A stretch of 64,000 bases of DNA from a virus, in IMG/VR virus record IMGVR_UViG_3300022752_000025, positions 1 through 64,000 of that record. One strand, 5' to 3'. The position numbers were made by a program, and so were the translations under genes. Under the pieces are notes generated by a model, which was not told the origin of the DNA, ran no database searches, and saw nothing but the letters and a program-made list of their open reading frames with translations. This document shows positions 61,801 through 64,000 of the stretch, in pieces. Positions within the stretch are counted from its first letter, which is position 1. Each line of letters starts with the position of its first letter.

Positions 61801-62702
61801 CAAGAACATTACTAGTTAAAAGAACTCGGTGTTCGTCTACATTTTTAATATTTTTTTCGTCCCAAGTCAAGAGAATAATGCCAAGACCAAAATTATCATA
61901 GTCATCAATTTTTAATTCAACGCCCTTTTTTTCTTCTTGATCTAAAATGCTTTCTACTGCTCTTGTGCAAGCCTCGCTATACCAATCACTCTTACTTATA
62001 ATTTTGGTATCAATGTCTACCTTGGCAGACCAATTATGTCCAGTAACATAAATATTCATATTAAAATGGGAGATCACCTCCTTCATCTTCGCTTTCGTCA
62101 ATAAAATCTAAAACTCTTTCATTTTCTTCGTTAGAACGAAACCATAAGATCGTATTATCCCCAACCATTTGAGCGTCTTGATATTCTAATGGACATTTAG
62201 ATAAACGCTCTTTAACAATATCTACAAAACGATTTGAAACACGAACAAATAAACTTTCATCATTCTCAATCCATTCATAGGATTCAGCAAATTCATCACA
62301 AATCATTTTAATTTTAGGATGCAGTTTCATAGATTATTTAAATCAACCTTATCTGGTTCGCCTTCTTGACAAAGAAGCTGACCTTTAATGTGCATAAGAG
62401 CTTCAACAGCAGAGTCTAAGTCATATTCTGATGTATCACTCGTATCAAAATCAATACTTTCTTGAAGATCAAGAATATCTTGAATAATTAAATCAATTTT
62501 ATCAATTTGTTTTTTGTTCATTGTTCATCTCCTGTTTAAGATTATCTACCCCTTTTTGTCCTAAATCAAGAACAAAAGCGGAAGGATGTATGTGCAAGTG
62601 CATATCTAGGTGAGGAATAAAACAATAAAACATATCAATTTTACTATCATAGTATTTTACTTCTGATATTGTTCCGTATTTTTTGCTTTTAATTTTTTTC
62701 AA
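58802..62702 (-). other. Operon-like run of hypothetical CDSs, including 60694-61392 (232 aa)
   Basis: ORF track, overlapping stop/start codons. Confidence 0.6.
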
Positions 62703-63624
62703 GATGCTCCTTATGATATTCGTGGCCTTTTTTGGTCAAAGCACGACCAGTAGGACGAATTTCTATTAAGTGATTACGCATAAGATATAATTCTACATTT
62801 TTCTGCAACATATCTTTGCTTAAATTAGTTTTTGCGGAAAGATTAGTCAAACGCAATTCACCATAATTTTTAAGAATTTTAATTACATTAAGTTCAATTT
62901 CTGTTAAGCCCAAAGGATAAATGGATAAACTATCTTTAATTTCAACCCAGCCATTTTTATCTAATTCTTTGGAATTTTTAGATGCCAAATAAGACGAAAT
63001 TTGATTTGCCATAGCTTGAGCTTGTCTGGCGTTGCCACGGCAAACACTAGCTATATCATTAATAATTTCTTCTTTTACAAAACGATTTTTTAATTTAAGA
63101 TTATTATTTATAATTTTACCGAGATCAATGTAGGAATAATCTTCAAGATCAATTCTATAAAGACGATCAAGAAGTGCGTGAAAAATCTTTTGTGCTTCTG
63201 TGGTGCAAAAGAAAAAAGAATTTTGATCGAATCTAAATTGATATGTTCCTTCATCAAAAGTAAATTGATTCATATTATTTTCATTAGGATTAAGAATCGT
63301 AAGAAGTGCCATCGTAACATCTCTAGGTAATTCACTCGCTTCATCAAAAATAATAGTTACATCTTTATCAAAAACATAGGGTAACATAATTTGATTAAAA
63401 AAACTTTTAACATTTTTAATAGTAGAACAATTAACTATAATCGTTTTTTCACGCTTCATTATATTTGCCGTCTCTTGAGCGATAAGAGTTTTCCCGCATC
63501 CTCTTGGAGCTACAAAAAGAAGATGAGGAACGATTTTTGTTTTAGAAAATCCTTCTAAAAGAAAGTTCAATTTCTTTTTTACCTTGTCTTGGCCTACGAT
63601 TTTAAAATAATTTTCTTGTGACAT
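62689..63624 (-). CDS. RuvB-like AAA+ ATPase
   Basis: IVGQ...HLLF.APRGCGKT, FDE, CTTE, RGNAR, GL...E.YL...I...GR.LT. Confidence 0.8.
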   Translation of the reverse strand: MSQENYFKIVGQDKVKKKLNFLLEGFSKTKIVPHLLFVAPRGCGKTLIAQETANIMKREKTIIVNCSTIKNVKSFFNQIMLPYVFDKDVTIIFDEASELPRDVTMALLTILNPNENNMNQFTFDEGTYQFRFDQNSFFFCTTEAQKIFHALLDRLYRIDLEDYSYIDLGKIINNNLKLKNRFVKEEIINDIASVCRGNARQAQAMANQISSYLASKNSKELDKNGWVEIKDSLSIYPLGLTEIELNVIKILKNYGELRLTNLSAKTNLSKDMLQKNVELYLMRNHLIEIRPTGRALTKKGHEYHKEHLEKN

Positions 63625-63661
63625 AAGATGTTTATATACCAGTTTAAAAGTAAGATCAAGT

Positions 63662-63904
63662 TTAATTTACTTGAAAATCAATCTGTTCTTCTAAACTATT
63701 ATATGTTTTAGTATTGACTTCCTTTTCAATTCCTTTTATATTTAAATTGTCGAGGAATTTCTTTGATACGATAATAACCGCATCTTGTTTCAATACTTTA
63801 TTAAGTTCGCTCAATGGAATCATTGAAAAACAAAACGAGCCTTTTTTACGCCCACGATTAGATTTCATCTTCTTCATCATCCTTTGATAGATTTTGCATA
63901 GCAT
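63662..63904 (-). CDS. Hypothetical protein
   Basis: ORF track; RGRKKGS motif. Confidence 0.55.
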   Translation of the reverse strand: MLCKIYQRMMKKMKSNRGRKKGSFCFSMIPLSELNKVLKQDAVIIVSKKFLDNLNIKGIEKEVNTKTYNSLEEQIDFQVN

Positions 63905-64000
63905 TTAATAAATCATACTTCAAAGATTCTAATACGCCAATAACTTGATAAGCGGTCATATCACTTTCGTAGGCATATCTCACAATATCCTTATATAAGA

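Noticed and set aside
1-64000. Stop-codon reassignment or a diversity-generating retroelement
   Set aside because: Long genes are intact in the standard code with TAA, TAG and TGA all used as stops; no suppressor tRNA, reverse transcriptase or adenine-specific TR/VR pair was seen

Overview
AT-rich segment of a large tailed dsDNA phage (standard genetic code; a PVC/Verrucomicrobia-type host is only weakly inferred). 1-21.6 kb is a minus-strand morphogenesis and lysis block: tail-fibre-like gene, major capsid, decoration protein, protease-scaffold, endolysin with holin/spanin-like genes, portal, large terminase, ERCC4 nuclease and a sigma-like factor. 21.7-22.0 kb holds a group I ribozyme core that interrupts no gene and looks circularly permuted. 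22-29 kb has phoH, a HiPIP-like gene and four Cys-rich/polyproline paralogs flanking licD plus a cytidylyltransferase. After a sharp boundary at about 29.25 kb comes an early/accessory region of small genes (ArdC, GP88-like, DUF932-like, SleB-like, MazG-like, deaminase, glycosylase, RuvB-like). It also carries 8 tRNAs, several unassigned structured RNAs, many apparently leaderless sigma70 promoters, and ten copies of a 75-bp 27-21-27 bipartite palindromic element placed at gene-module junctions. All calls were made by eye from the sequence and the ORF track; no searches or folding programs were run.
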